The notes: generated by a model from the letters alone, not told the origin. A DNA stretch of 64,000 bases from Octopus sinensis (GCF_006345805.1 NC_043001.1:75392001-75456000); one strand, 5' to 3'. Counted from the first letter of the stretch, positions 48,639-63,449 are shown. Program-made: numbers and translations.

Positions 48639-51600
48639 CAAATACACACACACTTTTATTTACATTTATATGTACTTGTGATAGTGCGCATGTAAACATC
48701 TACAAATATATTTCAGATCATATGCCTTCAATTTAAATATCCCATGAGCAAATATTTAATGAATGCAATGCATATATAACTTAGTCATTCTCTACCTAAA
48801 AGGAAAAAAAAATATGAAAGACACAGTATGGATGTTTTTAGAAACTTGTGTTTAGTATTAGATTAACAGCATGGTGTATATACATGAAATATTACTAGAT
48901 CAGTGGATTATCAGGAGCGTGATATCTCTAGGGGCTCATTTACAGAATATTTAATGAGCGTGCATAAAATACATTATAATAGCATCAATATATAAAACAG
49001 ACAAGGTTTCTTCGTAGAGTAGATATGAAATCAAAAGCATATACGATGCATTAGAGTATTCTCGGGGAGTGGATTGGTAATTCGAAAGAAAGTACAGTTG
49101 CTTTCAACATCTGAGTATATAGCTTAATGCTTTAAAATCCCATTTAGATGTAAGATTACGTAGAATTTATGTCTGACGTTATTTATAAATATAATATGGA
49201 GTGATACTGGCGTCATACACTTGGAGTCGATTTGGCATTCAGCAAAAGTGTGTTATAAACCCAATGTTAGTTTTCTAATATCCTAAGGAAGACGATAACT
49301 GTCGGAGCACTCGTTTCTATTTTCCAGAAGTTAATAGACCTGATCACACGGAAATCGATATATCACAAAGAACAAAACCTCGAATAAAACTAACTTTGTG
49401 TTTGTTATGTTTAGAATAGCAGATTTTTTTCGCTTCTGCATCCAGAAAATATTGGTTTCGTTAGTTAGGTAGACTGGGTTAATGTTTGTAGAAAATAATA
49501 TTTTTAGAGTATTAAAAAGACACTTCAAGGGTTGCTCTAGCGTAACACGCAACAGGGAAATTCATGTTTTTCACGACCGTTGATACGATGCTTTGAATTT
49601 TTTGTAGACAATAATAGTGTCTTTATGTATCTAATGTTCTATCACTGATCTTTTATATATCATTATGATTTTAATATAAACACCTCGTGCATTTGTTGTT
49701 AAAATGTTGATCAAGTTTAGTGGATCCCAAAGAGTTGTGTTGCACCTTGTTCTTTATTAACTACAGAAGGATGTAAAATAATAATGATATAACAAAATAC
49801 TTGAGGTATTCAGTCTAGAATTTTGCTAACACATCACACACTATTGTATTTTATATCTTCCTTCATCATTAACGAAGTAATCTTTCAGAAGTAAACCATT
49901 CTCTTTCAGTATCTGCTTGAAGTACTTATATTTTACTAATGATGTACATTATATAATGATATAATGGGTGTCATAAATTCCTGTTTCTCGCTTTTCTATG
50001 ATACACGGTCTAAGTTTTTCATCAAAAAAGAAACAGGCAAAAGTGTTGCTGCTGCTGTTGTTACTGCTGAGGATAATGTTCAGCCCCAGGTTAAGTTGAA
50101 GAAAACAGATTTCAGATCAAATGTATTCCAGCTACGTTTACCCAATCTTTTTCTGACAGTTCACCTAAAAATGGGAGCTGCTACCGTTGATGATGTCGGT
50201 GATGACGACGTTGTTGTTGGTAGTGGTGTTGGTGATAACAATGATATTTGTATCCATGATCTCCCTTGTAGCAACACGTATATGACCAAAGACGTCTTAG
50301 CTACTTCCATCTGGATTTTGTTTTTGAAACAGATGCTGCTACTGTTGCTGATAGGTGCAATATATTATTGATCAAATGTTCCAAATATTATCATTTCGTC
50401 TCTTTGAAACTGCATGTCAAAGACTACATTATCCAATGCCCATTTCGTTTTATATAAAGCTGGAGAGTCTAATATGAGGAATATTTGGTTACTACTTCTA
50501 ACAGGTCTATTACATAGAGATTGGATAGAACAAGCTGACCTATCACCAACGTCTATTTCGTTATATTTAACCGAAGACGGTAAGGTGTGGTTTGAGGAAG
50601 ATTTAGCATCTCCCAGCTTAAGATACCAATCAGAGACTATCAACAAAGCCATTATGTTGTATACAGTAAAATGCGATACAAGCTCCTGATGAATTTGCAT
50701 TAGATAATATTAATCGATGGTCAGTCGAAATTAGTTGTTTTAATTGGGAGTTAACATTTTTAGGAACCGCAGAAGCTCCATAACTACTCATTTCCTTCTT
50801 CCACTAATATATGAGAATGCTTTTACTGTTTTGTCAAGAACCAAACTAAATCGTATTAGGCATGCATTTTTGAGTTCTGCACTCTTTGAAATAGAAAAAT
50901 ATATATATAAGTTTCAGTATTGGCAACTACGTTAATAACTCAATATTTAAATTCTTTAAAAAATAGATTTATTTCCAAAGATTCAAGAACCTAATACATA
51001 CCTCTGCATACTGTAGGAGAAAATGTAACTGTATTAGAATGACAGCATGATGCCAAGAATGTGCACACCAACAAGAATATAATATAACAAAGAGTAATGC
51101 ATATGTTTTTCCTTTAAATTTCACCCGTAGAGGCAGACGAAGCAAATTTGGACTAAAGCTGTTGCAGATTTACTTAAACTGGGGCACATATGACGTATTC
51201 AATGGCAAACTCTGACGTAATTCGTAGCAAAATTTAGAGAGTGAAAAAATGGTATTTCATATTGACTAACATAAAAAAGTATGGCAATTATTTTTTGAAC
51301 TCTGAATGACAACTGTTCTTGTTATTTTTAATGGGTTTCGCTATACGAAGATTTAATTGTTGTGGTTCTATTATCTCATTACATTCCAATAATAACTCAG
51401 ATAACATGATGCTCATTCATTAAACCGAACTAAAATAAATGGCAGAATAGAAAAAAAAAATCAGCGTGTATAATGTAGTGGCTGTTGATTTGCCTTTGTT
51501 GTTTTAATTGTTAATTTTTGAAAAGCAATATTCCGAATCTAAATAACTGAAAAAAAATCAATAAAACTTTATTTCTATCTTGCCAGGAGAAGTTCAGTGC

Positions 51601-52051
51601 CCGTGATCTTTGTAAGGACCTCCAATACGGATCATGTCGATACGGTTGAATTTCGGTTTGAACTTCTATAGATTATAATTCTGAAGTTGCATGCAGAACA
51701 GCGGGAAACCAAATAATAACTTATCAGTTTATATCTAATACATTGTAGCAGATTTAAAGGCGAATATATTTTTATATTTCATCATCGGCGAGCATCCCAC
51801 CCCTGTAGACTACATGGGTTCATAACATAGACGAGTCAACTCGTTGTGTCTCCTCATTTAAACCTACTTCTCTGGGACGATGAATCTGAAAAATCATGAT
51901 TATAAGAATCATTAATTCCATAGGGCACACCTAGAACAGGGAATATCCCAACAATAACTTATCTATTCATTCTTGATACGTTCTGTCTGATTCTAAAACG
52001 AATATCTGATTGCTGTTGTTCTTTGATATCAGAGAACACCACCCTTTAGAC

Positions 52052-52400
52052 CAGGGGTTCTTAAACTTTTTTTATTTGTTTTCAGCGCATACATTTCAAG
52101 TAGTTGTTATGCCTAGCACCCACCTGAGTTTATAAATTTGACTCTAAAAATGGATTGTACAGAGGTGATAAAAGATTAAAAGCAAAAGTTGTAAACTTAC
52201 TTTATACATTGCAAGTTAATGACATCTTTGTATGATGAGATCTCATTCTATTTTAATAATCATTACTAGTTTTAGCATGTGCAATATAATCACAACTATG
52301 GGTAAAATTTAATATTTTAATTATGTTACCTCATCGCTAAAGCCCAGGTTCGATATGCCCAGCGACCCTTTACGGGTCGAGGTTGCCAGAACGGTATCTG
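52052..52400 (+). mobile_element. Possible hAT-derived MITE remnant
   Basis: TAGAC-CAGGGGTTCTTAAACTTTTT resembles Charlie/Buster ends; the right end gcgaccc..gggtcg.ggttg is only weakly complementary. Confidence 0.35.
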
Positions 52401-52422
52401 ACGTGTCATATATATATATATG

Positions 52423-52498
<76 letters not shown>

Positions 52499-52543
52499 TA
52501 TACATATACATACATATATATATATACATATATATACATATAC

Positions 52544-52586
<43 letters not shown>

Positions 52587-52602
52587 AATATATATATGTA
52601 TA

Positions 52603-52638
<36 letters not shown>

Positions 52639-52669
52639 GTATAATATATATATATTATGTATATATATG

Positions 52670-52732
<63 letters not shown>

Positions 52733-53184
52733 GTATGTATGAAAAAAATTCTAATGCCAAATATGCCGAAAATAGACAAATTGTCAATACCCATTATAAT
52801 TTATCACATTTTAAAATCGTCTCGAAACAAGCCGATAGAAATTTCTAAAAAATTCCGTTATTACCGTATTGGTCCCAATTTCAGAGTTAATTCATAAGAA
52901 TTTTCTCCTCCTCAGCGATAAATACGTAAGGCATAAATGAAATACTCATACGCACGGAAAAAGCAAGCACTAAGTCCTGAGCAGATCTAAGTACCCCAAA
53001 TATATCCAGCACATCTGGATAATATATCTTCAGCACATCTCGAGACACGTATGATTCGAACTAGAAACTTTCACAGAGTGAGAGAGTCCGGAAGTGAACA
53101 CTATTAAATTTACATCTAGTATAGGATAAGACTTTTCGAAAAAATTTTTATCAATGGCCAGCATATTAAAATATATATATATAT

Positions 53185-53395
53185 ACCTGTTTGACCACCT
53201 CTGTCCGGCATTCGCTATGATTGATCGCTAATCACTAAACATTTTTTCTCTCTCTCTTTATTTCTGTTGAAGAACATAGGCTCCAAACGTAAAATACTTT
53301 CTCACTTCTCAAGCTTTAAACTAATACATCTGTTTGTTGTTTACATACATGTTTTCGTCTTTTGTTTTGTATATTTTATGGTAAATTCAAACTAT
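53185..53395 (+). mobile_element. Penelope-like pseudo-LTR fragment with a decayed hammerhead motif (53258-53296)
   Basis: tattt CTGTTGA a gaac atag gctc cAA ACGT A aaata. Confidence 0.55.
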
Positions 53396-53522
53396 ATATA
53401 TGTATATATATATATGTATGTGCATATCTATGCATATAATATATGTATACATAATGTAATATATATATGTATATATATGTATATATATGTATGTATATAT
53501 ATGTATATATATATATATATAT

Positions 53523-53598
<76 letters not shown>

Positions 53599-53899
53599 AG
53601 TATACATATATATATGTGTATATATTTTTGCACTATATTTCCGTCATTACGCAAGTAAATCATTCCTCAATAAAATCAAAACCCCTTGTCCGATTTTCTT
53701 AACATTTTTACGGAATATGTATCCCATATCCTGTGTACGTTTCGTCAAAATTGGTGTACATTTAAAGGGGAAATGAAGAAAAACACGTTTATAGGGTATT
53801 TCTTTTTATTACGCAAGTTAACAAGATACTGCTTTCCCCCATGTGTTATATGATTTTGAAATGCTTTTTATTAATTTCAGATACAGGAAATATAGAAGT

Positions 53900-54340
53900 G
53901 TGTCGAAGTAAACATATAACATCGAAGGAGAAGAAAGAAATAGTGAAACAACTGGGAGAAGGGGATGCAACAATTATAATTTCTAAAAAGCTAAATACAG
54001 ATCACTGAAAAAAAAAAAAAAAACAGGTAGAAAACATTGTGAGTGTAAGAATAAGGAATAAAACCGATTTCAAGAATATCACAAATGGTGATAGGAGAAA
54101 ACTCAAAAGAATTATGTGCAGGAAATTTTGGTTAGCCAGCAAACAAATTTTTGATGAAGCAGGAATCTCTAACATACAAAGGAAAAAACGTTGCACAGCA
54201 CTAAAAGAAACAGGCAAAATCATAGAATTCGCAAAATTGCCTCCTTTAAACAAAGTACACAAAGAAAAAATAGTGACGTAGTCAAAAAGGTATATGAAGA
54301 CAGACTTTACAAATGTAATTTTTTCTGACGAGTGCAAAGC
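53900..54340 (+). pseudogene. Tc1 transposase N-terminal remnant
   Basis: DRRKLKRIM..ASKQIFDEAG..PPLNKVHKEK..KRYMKTDFTNVIFSDE. Confidence 0.75.
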
Positions 54341-54948
54341 CTATAGCCATGCCGATCTGGTATCAGCGTTAACACACTGTATCACGGGCGCAATATTTTC
54401 TCTGCATTTCTTAAATTACATTAGTGTTGTAAAAAGCGGGCTTTTGACACCAGCTGCCAAGTCAGCAGCTGGGAAACCGCGAACTGGCCCAGCAAGCCAA
54501 CTTGTCCACAGATGATTTCTTGTGCAAAGTAGCTCTTCATCGCCCGGGTTCACACTGACTGTAGTACTTCGTCGCCCACTTTGCACCTCCTGGTCAAGTC
54601 ACTACAAAGCATTCATTCACCAGTTTATATAGTCCACCTCGAAGTAAAAGCACGCCAAAAAGAAAAAAAACCGTGTAGCATGCTTTAAACCAGTCACGTC
54701 ACGTGATCAATGAACATTATTTCTCATTAGAATTAATTATGGATGCATCATTCATTTTCTTTTGTAGAACTTGAGAACAGTATTTCGACTAGTACCATTT
54801 TAAATTACATCTGTTAGATTATTTCTTCCATGTGCTGCAGATGATTGCCTGCCAAACTATAATACTATTGTGTAGCATACTGTCACACTAGCTAGGACTT
54901 TATTCCAGCCTTCGTAACATTACTTTAGATATATTATATCAACTCTCA

Positions 54949-55530
54949 AGGCGGCGAGTTGGCAGAAACGTTAGCATGCCGGGCGAAAGCTTAGCGGTAT
55001 TTCGTCTGCTGTTACGCTCTGAGTTCAAATTCCGCCGAGGTCGACTTTGCCTTTCAGCCTTTCGGGGTCGATTAAATAAGTACCAGTTACGCACTGGGGT
55101 CGATGTAATCGACTTAATCCGTTTGTTTGTCCTTGTTTGTCCTCTCTGTGTTTAGCCCTTTGTGGGTAGTAAAGAAATAGGTATTTCGTCTGCCGCTACG
55201 TTCTGAGTTCAAATTCCGCCGAGGTTGACTTTATCTTTCATCCTTTCAGGGTCGATTAAATAAGTACCAGTTACGCACTGGTGTTGATATATTCGACTTA
55301 ATCCGTTTGTGTGTCCTTGTTTGTCCCCTTTATGTTTAGCCCCTTGTGGGCAATAAACAAATAGGTATTTCGTCCGTCTTTACGTTCTGAGTTCAAATTC
55401 CGCCAAGGTCGACTTTACCTTTCATCCTTTCGGGATCGATAAATTAAGTACCTGTTGTGTACTGGGGTCGATCTAATCGACTGGCCCCCTCCCCCAAAAT
55501 TTCGAGCCTTGTGCCTAGAATAGAAAAGAT
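54949..55530 (+). mobile_element. Family C SINE with a tandem triplication of its internal ~185-bp segment
   Basis: gtatttcgtc..gagttcaaattccgcc recurs near 54997, 55180 and 55365. Confidence 0.85.
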
Positions 55531-57063
55531 TATATCAACTATTTTACCTAGTCATTGTAAAATAAATTTCTTTAATATATAAATTTAGAAATATCAAAAC
55601 GCTATCAGAACTGATAATTCAATCCTGACATTTTGAATTAAATTAATTAAAATTAATGATTTCTAATGTATACTTTTAATTAATAAAATATAAATAAACA
55701 TTGCTTCGTCAAACGGTTTTAACTTATATTTCTAACCCAAGCCATTTAATAAAATGGAAAGAAATAGAAACGAAGTGTGACAACTAATTTGGTTGGCTTT
55801 TTCCAGTTGCTAATGCATGCATCGTTCTCTTAGATTCTGTGGTTATATAAGGGTGAAATCAAATAGTTTTGATTAATTAAAAGCATTGTTTACCGAACTG
55901 AAAATATTTTACAAGAAGCTTTAGGCATATCTCAAGCGTTAAAATCAACATTTCTTTAATTAAGAATGTTTGTATAACTTTAGCTTGTCAATATTTCACT
56001 ACCTTTCTCTCCCTAGGGCCTTAATCATACAAATGTCCACATTTCATTTTTTAAATCATTTCCTTCTTTTTTCATTGGAGTTTCTCAGAGGAATCTGTGT
56101 CTGTTTTAGTTTATAACAGTTATTTTATTAAAATTGCAACACAATATTTCATGCGATTCTAATATAATGAGCTTCTCTTTGAAATATAAAATGAAAAAAA
56201 TTCCCTTTAGGTTAATTTCAAAAGTATCAGAGGATTATAACTCTTTGCATAAAAATATTATGCTTCTATATACTATGTTTGTATGTTTGTATACAGTTCA
56301 TTTTGTTAAGATTACGTGGACAGATGTTCCTAATTCATTTGATGTGAAACTTTATTTTAGTTTTATGTTTGTCATATTAATGGCCGGCAGGATAATTTGC
56401 AAGTCGTCTCTTCATAATATTTTTCCAACATACTTGTAAAATTTGCCAATCTTTAATGCAACAATGAAAGAGTAGCCAGAAAGTTATATGAAGAATTTTG
56501 GCATCCACTACTACTATTACGTCGGGACATACACATGCACACACATGTATATATAATTGAATATATGTACAGACACACATATATATTTATATACTTCTTT
56601 GTACACAAATACACAAACATGTATGTATGTATGCATGCATGTATGTATGTAAAATAAGCGATTGATTTCAGCTGGAAGACAAACCTAAATAACTTGGCTG
56701 CCCTGAAGTACGATAAATAACTTGTATTTTCTGCCAATAATGAGGTTGATTGAAGGCTGATAATCAGTAAGATGTATCAAATATAAGAATTTACATTGTT
56801 ACTGATGTCTAGTCACAATTGATTATCAGTCTCGTGGAAATGGTACCGGACAAATACAATACCTTCATCCAACATTGCTAAAGAATGATACAATAAAAGG
56901 AAAATTAACTACAATTTCTGTTGACTTTGTTCTCAAAAGAATAACTTGACATTAGTGGAAGTGACGTGATTAGATTATCTCCAGCATCAAAGAGACCTTA
57001 AATTCTGATCTTTGGATTTCATTTTTGCAGTGATCCCTATTATAGAAACTTAGTAATATCTAG

Positions 57064-57945
57064 AGGTGTGTAGCCTGGTGGATAGGATGTTGAACTCATG
57101 ATCCTAAGATTATGGTTTCAATTCCTGGATTGGGCGACGTGTTGTGTTCTTGAACCAAATACTTCATTTCACGTTGATCCAGTCGACGTGGGTAAAAATA
57201 TATATATACGTCGCTGTAACGGAGAAACAGGACTTTATGTGACCATAGTGCTAGATGTTACTTAGATGAAAAAATAATTAGAGTTTTGTTCAGTAAACTT
57301 GCTACATGAAAAAAAGAATTTATATGTATTTTCTAAATATATCATCAAAATATATTTTCCGTGGCCTCTTACTACACGGTGTGCTATAAATTAGAAGAAA
57401 AATTCAGTTTGACAAAAGATTTCATATGCAGATAATAAGAATTTTTTGAGTTATTAGTTAATATTTGACACTGATTTACTGTAAAATACATTGTTTTATT
57501 CATAGACTACAATAGATGCATTAGTCTTAGACTATAGCTAATATGTAATGTTATACTATATCTATAGATACTATAACAAATGTGGAACAATAGAAAAATA
57601 GTAGGCAAACGATGTGATTTGTTATGTTACATAGTTTACGGAATGACAGTGGCATTCTCGTGCAAATCATCCGTTTGCCATGAACACCGATTTATAGATC
57701 TATACTACAGTAACTGGATCGAGTTCTCAACATGGTTTGTATTCCTAAGTATTGTACCTCTTACTTCTTTCAGTCATTAGACGGCAGTCGTACTGGGGCA
57801 CTGCTTTGCAGGCTTTAGACGACCAAATCGACTCAGTAAGTACTTTTTCAAGTTTGGTACTTGTTCTGTTTGCCACGTTTGCTTAACTGCTAAGCTACTG
57901 GGACGAACCCGAGCCGACACTAGTTGTCGGGCAGTGGCGGGGCAT
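57064..57945. mobile_element. Partial SINEs: family B head (57064-57180, +) and family D fragment (57755-57945, -)
   Basis: tagcctggtggatagg..ggtttcaattcc..gtgttgtgttcttga; ctttcagtcattagacggcag..ctggggcac. Confidence 0.55.
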
Positions 57946-58379
57946 GAAACACGAATATAAAGACATACATATATACACGCATACATAAACACATGCACAT
58001 ATATATATATTCATATGCATATATACATACTTTCACACACATATCTAAAGCAGCAATAAACCAGTAATAAGTAAATGTATATAACCCATTATTTCTGTCT
58101 ATTCCATACATACATACATACATACATACATACATACAACATACATACATACGTATATACATACATAGATGCATATATAGATATATATATATCCATGTAT
58201 ATATACGTATATATATATATATATACATATATATATCTATATTCATATATACATATATATATACATATATATACATATATACATATATATATATATACAT
58301 ATGTATACATATATATATATAAATATATATATATATAACATATATATGTATGCTTATATGTTTGTATATATATGTCTCC

Positions 58380-58416
<37 letters not shown>

Positions 58417-58417
58417 G

Positions 58418-58449
<32 letters not shown>

Positions 58450-58754
58450 CTTCCACACACGCCAGCTTAATTTAATTCGTCCTTAATCGAAAGACACCTG
58501 TCGTTATGTCCTGTTATATGACCGGTGTAGTTCGATTGAAGCATTGTAGTGTCGAGTAAAGAAAAGAAAAGGGTAAATAAAGCTTCTGACAATGTAAAGT
58601 TTAAAACAAAATCTGTGCATTTCAGGCGCATAGGCGGTCCCAGACTGTTGCTTTCTATCAGAAGCTTTCTTATGTTCTCTCTCTGTTCTTTCTTCTCAGT
58701 CTCTCTCTCACTCCCCCTCTCTCTGTCACAGACGCACACACACACACACACACA

Positions 58755-58805
<51 letters not shown>

Positions 58806-59206
58806 CTTTTCTTCTCTAGGCACAAGGCCAGAAATTTTGGGTGAGGGGTAAAAATCGATTAGATCGACCCCAGTGCGCAACTGGTGCTTAATATATCGAC
58901 CCGTAAATGATGAAAGGCAAAGTTGACCTCGGCGGAATTTGAACTGAGAACGTAAATACAGACGTAGAGAATTGGTCTGTCGGGTGATATAATGGTTTCA
59001 AATTTTGGCATAGGGACAGTAAGTTTTGAGGGGAAGTCGATAACATTGGCCCCAGTACTGTACTGATAATTATTTTATCGGTCCCAGTACTTGACTGGTG
59101 CTTATTTTATCGACTCTGAAAAACAAAGTTAACCTCAGCGGGGTTTGAACTCAGAAAGCTGAGCATTTTACCCGGCATGCTAATAACTCGGTCAGATAGC
59201 CGCCTT
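58806..59206 (-). mobile_element. Two family C SINE copies (58806-58965, 58994-59206)
   Basis: Family core gacctcggcggaatttgaact. Confidence 0.75.
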
Positions 59207-59526
59207 AAGTCACGAATACATTATAGAAGGTACTTTCCAATGGTGCCACGTAACATGATTGAACCCAATATTATACGGTTGTGAAGCAAGCTTCTTAAGC
59301 GCACAACCACGCCTTCCCTAATAGGCACCAATATACCACGCTCACTGAGACTCTCCTCTGCGAATCTGATATGCCAGAAATGATTGTAAGAAGATTGAGT
59401 AGAAATAGTTAAATAATTTTATCTAAAGCTGAAGTATGTCTTAGTCTGTCCGTACGAAATTAGTCGTTCCCTCGTTGACGATTCGAATCAGTGGTCGTAG
59501 TAGAAATCCCCCTATGCGTAGTTTGT

Positions 59527-59563
<37 letters not shown>

Positions 59564-59898
59564 GAGACCCCCTTCGGTCACGACACAGACCATGGGATTG
59601 CACCTAGAAAGTTACCCTCTCAGGCACAAATCCGGGCAAAGTTGTTTATGGAAGACCAGCAGTCGCCCATGCATACCGGCCTCCCATCTCCACGCCACCA
59701 GTGTTATCCAAGGGAAAGGCAACAGCAGATACAGCTTGGCACCTGTGACGTCGCAACTCATTTCTACAGCTGAGTGAACTGGAGCAACGTGAAATAAAGT
59801 GTCTTGCTCAAGAACACAACACGCAGCCCGGTCCGGGATTCGAGCTCACAACCTCACGATTGTAAGCTCGACGCTCCAACCACTGAGCCATGCGCCTT
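59564..59898 (-). mobile_element. Family B SINE, full length
   Basis: Reverse complement of the 29876-30206 family. Confidence 0.85.
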
Positions 59899-59946
<48 letters not shown>

Positions 59947-60003
59947 CATCTTTATATATATATATATATGTCTATATGTACATCTATATACATATATAAA
60001 GAT

Positions 60004-60036
<33 letters not shown>

Positions 60037-60489
60037 GTTCAAAAATACAACCCCCTATATTTATATATGTATATACGTTTGTTTGTCCTTTGACAACTGG
60101 TGCTGAGTTGTGCACTTTCTCTTAGCTCAGCGGTTTATCAAATTTACTTAACTTAAATTACGTGCAAGAATTGATTTTCTTCAACTAAACCCTTCAATTC
60201 AGTACGCAATCAGACCCGCAGGCCAATCACTGAGACAGGTAAAAAAAAAAACAACAATAAACATAAAGGAGGAATAGAATAAATGAGAAAACTGTTCAAA
60301 CATTAGAAGTGAGTGCTTCTCATGAAGTTGTTTACAGGTACAGGTATAGTTGTGTGATGAAGTTCATTTCACAACATAATACCGTGTTCAGGCCAGAAGC
60401 AGAATATTGGGTAATTGTTCTCTTGTATTCGTTCTAGTCAACCGAATGCTTGGAAGTGAAAGTTAGTAGAAGAAAACTTATTACTTTAT

Positions 60490-60715
60490 TTTTTTACTTG
60501 TTTCAGTCATTAGGCTGCGGCCATGCTGGAGCATCACCTCGAAGAATTTTAGTCGTATGAATCGACCCCAGTACTTAGGTTTTTTTATTTGCTAAGGACA
60601 GTACTTATTCTATGGGTTTGTTTCATCGAACCGCGAAGTTACGGGGACCTAAGCACACCAAAACCGGCTGACAAGCAGTGGTGAGGGATGAAAAATGACA
60701 CAAAAACGCACACAC
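60490..60715 (-). mobile_element. Family D SINE 3' part
   Basis: cttgtttcagtcattaggctgcggccatgctggagca..aatcgaccccagtact. Confidence 0.7.
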
Positions 60716-60720
60716 ACACA

Positions 60721-60796
<76 letters not shown>

Positions 60797-60800
<4 letters not shown>

Positions 60801-62011
60801 GTTGTTTTTAAAATAATGGCCGCTTTAAGTGTTGTGTTTTGAAACGAAATTTTATTGTAGTGTTTTAATTATATTTTAGGCGAATTTTGACATCCTAAAT
60901 AATTGATGTATGCTCTGTAATAATTTTCTACTTCTTTCAGACAGAAAACATTCTTCAAGCATAATCTTCCTTAATTATGAATATGATAAAAAAGGACCTT
61001 CGCTTACTTTTCTTGCATGAGTTCAAGCTTGGGCACAATGCTTCCTAAACTGCTGCCAATATCAACAGAGCATGGGGAGAGGGGTCCACAAGTGATCGCA
61101 CAGTACGAAGGGGGTTTAGGAAATTCCGTAGTGGTAATGAAAGCCTTGAAAATGAAGAAGGTAGAGGACGGTTATGCAGTCTTGACAATGAACAATTGAA
61201 AGCAATTGTTGAATAAAACCCATGTCAAAGTGTCAGAGAAATGTCTTAGGCACTTAGTGTCGGTATTGCAACAGTCTCAAGCAATCTGCAGAAGATTGCT
61301 AAGGTGAAAAAGCTCGATGAATGGGTACTGCATGAGCTCAGTGAAAATCAAAAAGTGCGGCGTTTTGAAGTGCGCTCGATGCTCTTTCTGCGAAACACCA
61401 ATGATCCTTTTCCTCGCCGAATAGTGGATCCTTTATGATAACCATAAACGTTCAGGTCAATGACTTGATCGTGATGAGTCCCCCAAACATAGAAAAAGAT
61501 TACGGTCACTGTAATTTCTGGAAGCCAATTAGAGCATTACAACAGAGGTTTACTGCAATCAGCATGCTAAAATCCATGCTCACTTGCAACTACTGAGACC
61601 TGCATTGGTGAATCGGCGTGGTCCAATTCTGCTCCACGATAATGCAAAGCCGCCTGTTGTAAAAATGACGCTGCAGAAACTCACAGACTTGGAATACGAG
61701 ACTTTACCACAGTCCTTCATATTCTCCTGATCTTTCACCCATTGACTACTATTTTTAAAGCATTTAAACACGTTTTTATGTAATAAAACTTTCAGGTCTA
61801 AACCAGAGTTGGAATCAGCTTTCAAAGATTTCTTAGCATCAAAACCAATATGTTTTTATCAACGATGCATAAATAATCTCGTTGATCGATGGCAGAGATG
61901 CATAGATGTTCATGGCTCATACTCTGACTAATAAAAAACATTTCTATTGTTAATTTTTTCCAGAATAAAATTATGTTTCTGAAATCGGCCATTATTTTCG
62001 GAACAACCTAA
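60797..62011 (+). mobile_element. Near full-length Hsmar1/cecropia-like mariner with TIRs and TA TSD; transposase pseudogene ~60978-61931
   Basis: TIRs ttaggttgtttttaaaataatggccg / cggccattattttcggaacaacctaa; HEFKLGHNA, EWVLHEL, LLHDNAKP, SPDLSPIDY, RWQRCID. Confidence 0.92.
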
Positions 62012-62014
62012 TAA

Positions 62015-62175
62015 TATACGACGGGCTTCTTTCAGTTTCCGTCTACCAAATCCACTGACAAGTGTTTGGTCGGTCTAATGCTATAGTAGCGGACACTTGC
62101 CCAAAGTATCACGCATTCGGACTGAACCCAGAACAATGTGATTAGGAAGCAAGTTTCTTTCCGCACATCCACGCC
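62015..62175 (-). mobile_element. Family D SINE head
   Basis: acgacgggcttctttcagtttccgtctaccaaatccact..ggaagcaag. Confidence 0.75.
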
Positions 62176-62530
62176 TGTAGAAGTTAGTTGGAGAAACTAT
62201 TCTTGCTACGTGTTTTATGACTTAATTCTTCATCATCCACTTTAAAACCACCACTTCGCCTTTGATCAGCTTTTGTCAAAGTTCACTCTGCTGTAAGCAA
62301 TTGCTCCATGTCTCCAGTGAGAGAATATGTTCCTTTCATATTTTTTACTATAATTGGAGATCCTGAGAAATGTCATGAACGTTGCCCTATTCTGATTAAA
62401 ACGTCAAAGTATTCATTTAATACTTTCTATAATGTACCTAATTTGTGTCCAGTATAATAGTTATGCTGATGTAAGCCGCAAGTATTAATTTAAGTCAATA
62501 TCACTTGAGCGACGGACAAAAATACAATAC

Positions 62531-63200
62531 TATTATTTAGTTACGGCGAGCTGGCAGCATCGTTAGCACTCCGGGTAAAATGCTTAGCAGCACTTCATTC
62601 TTCTTTACGTTCTGAGTTCAAATCCCGCCGAGGTCGACTTTGCCTTTTATGCTTCCAAAGTCGATAAATTAAGTACCACTGAAAAAGTGAAATCGATGGT
62701 TAGTCCCCTCTGTCCCAAATTTCAGGCTTTGTGCCTTTAGTAGAAATGATTATTTAGTTACGTTAGGCGGCGAGCTGGCAGAATAGTTAACGCGCCGAGC
62801 AAAATGCTTAGCGGGACTTCACCCGTCTTTACATTCTTAGTTCAAATGCTACCGAGGTCGACTTTACCTTTCATCCTTTCAGGGTCGATAAAATAAGCAC
62901 TACTCAAACAGTGAGGTTGATGTATCTACGAGTACTCTCCTCCGAAATTGCTGGCTTTATACCAGAATTTGAAGCCCTTATTTAGTTACCTCAAGGCAGC
63001 AAGCTGGTAGAATCGTTAGCGTGTCGGACAAATTGCTTACTGCACTTCTTCCGGTTATTTATGTTCTCAGTTCAAATCCTGCCGAGGACATCTAGCATTT
63101 CATCTTTAAATTAGTATCAGACGACCAGTGTGATTAATGTAATCGATTTGCACCCTCACGCCAAAATTTCATGTTTTGCGCTTCTAAGTAGAAAGAATTA
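62531..63200 (+). mobile_element. Three tandem family C SINE copies, each preceded by ttatttagttac
   Basis: Heads near 62545, 62766 and 62993. Confidence 0.85.
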
Positions 63201-63449
63201 TTACCAGCTAATTCGGTGTTTGTTACAAACATCCACATTAGTGTAGACTTACGTGGTATAAATTTTCGGTTTGTAACCATCTAATTCCAGTTTTAAGCCC
63301 CGTATGCGACACCTTTCACAAGTATTTCCATTACTATAGCACCGAGCCAAGCAATGTCTTATGAGTGAGATGGTTTGGAAACTGCATTATCCCGTCATGC
63401 AGGCACACTTACACACTCATATATATATAATATATATATATAATATATA

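Noticed and set aside
49964-50371. 135-aa plus-strand ORF and the in-register antisense ORF 50365-50700
   Set aside because: The first is largely degenerate GCT/GAT/GTT trinucleotide text, and neither has a recognisable domain; only the 50505-50579 segment is kept, as a weak exon candidate.
62531-63200. Regularly spaced 12-bp repeat resembling a CRISPR array
   Set aside because: The spacers are homologous SINE copies in a eukaryotic context, with no cas genes.
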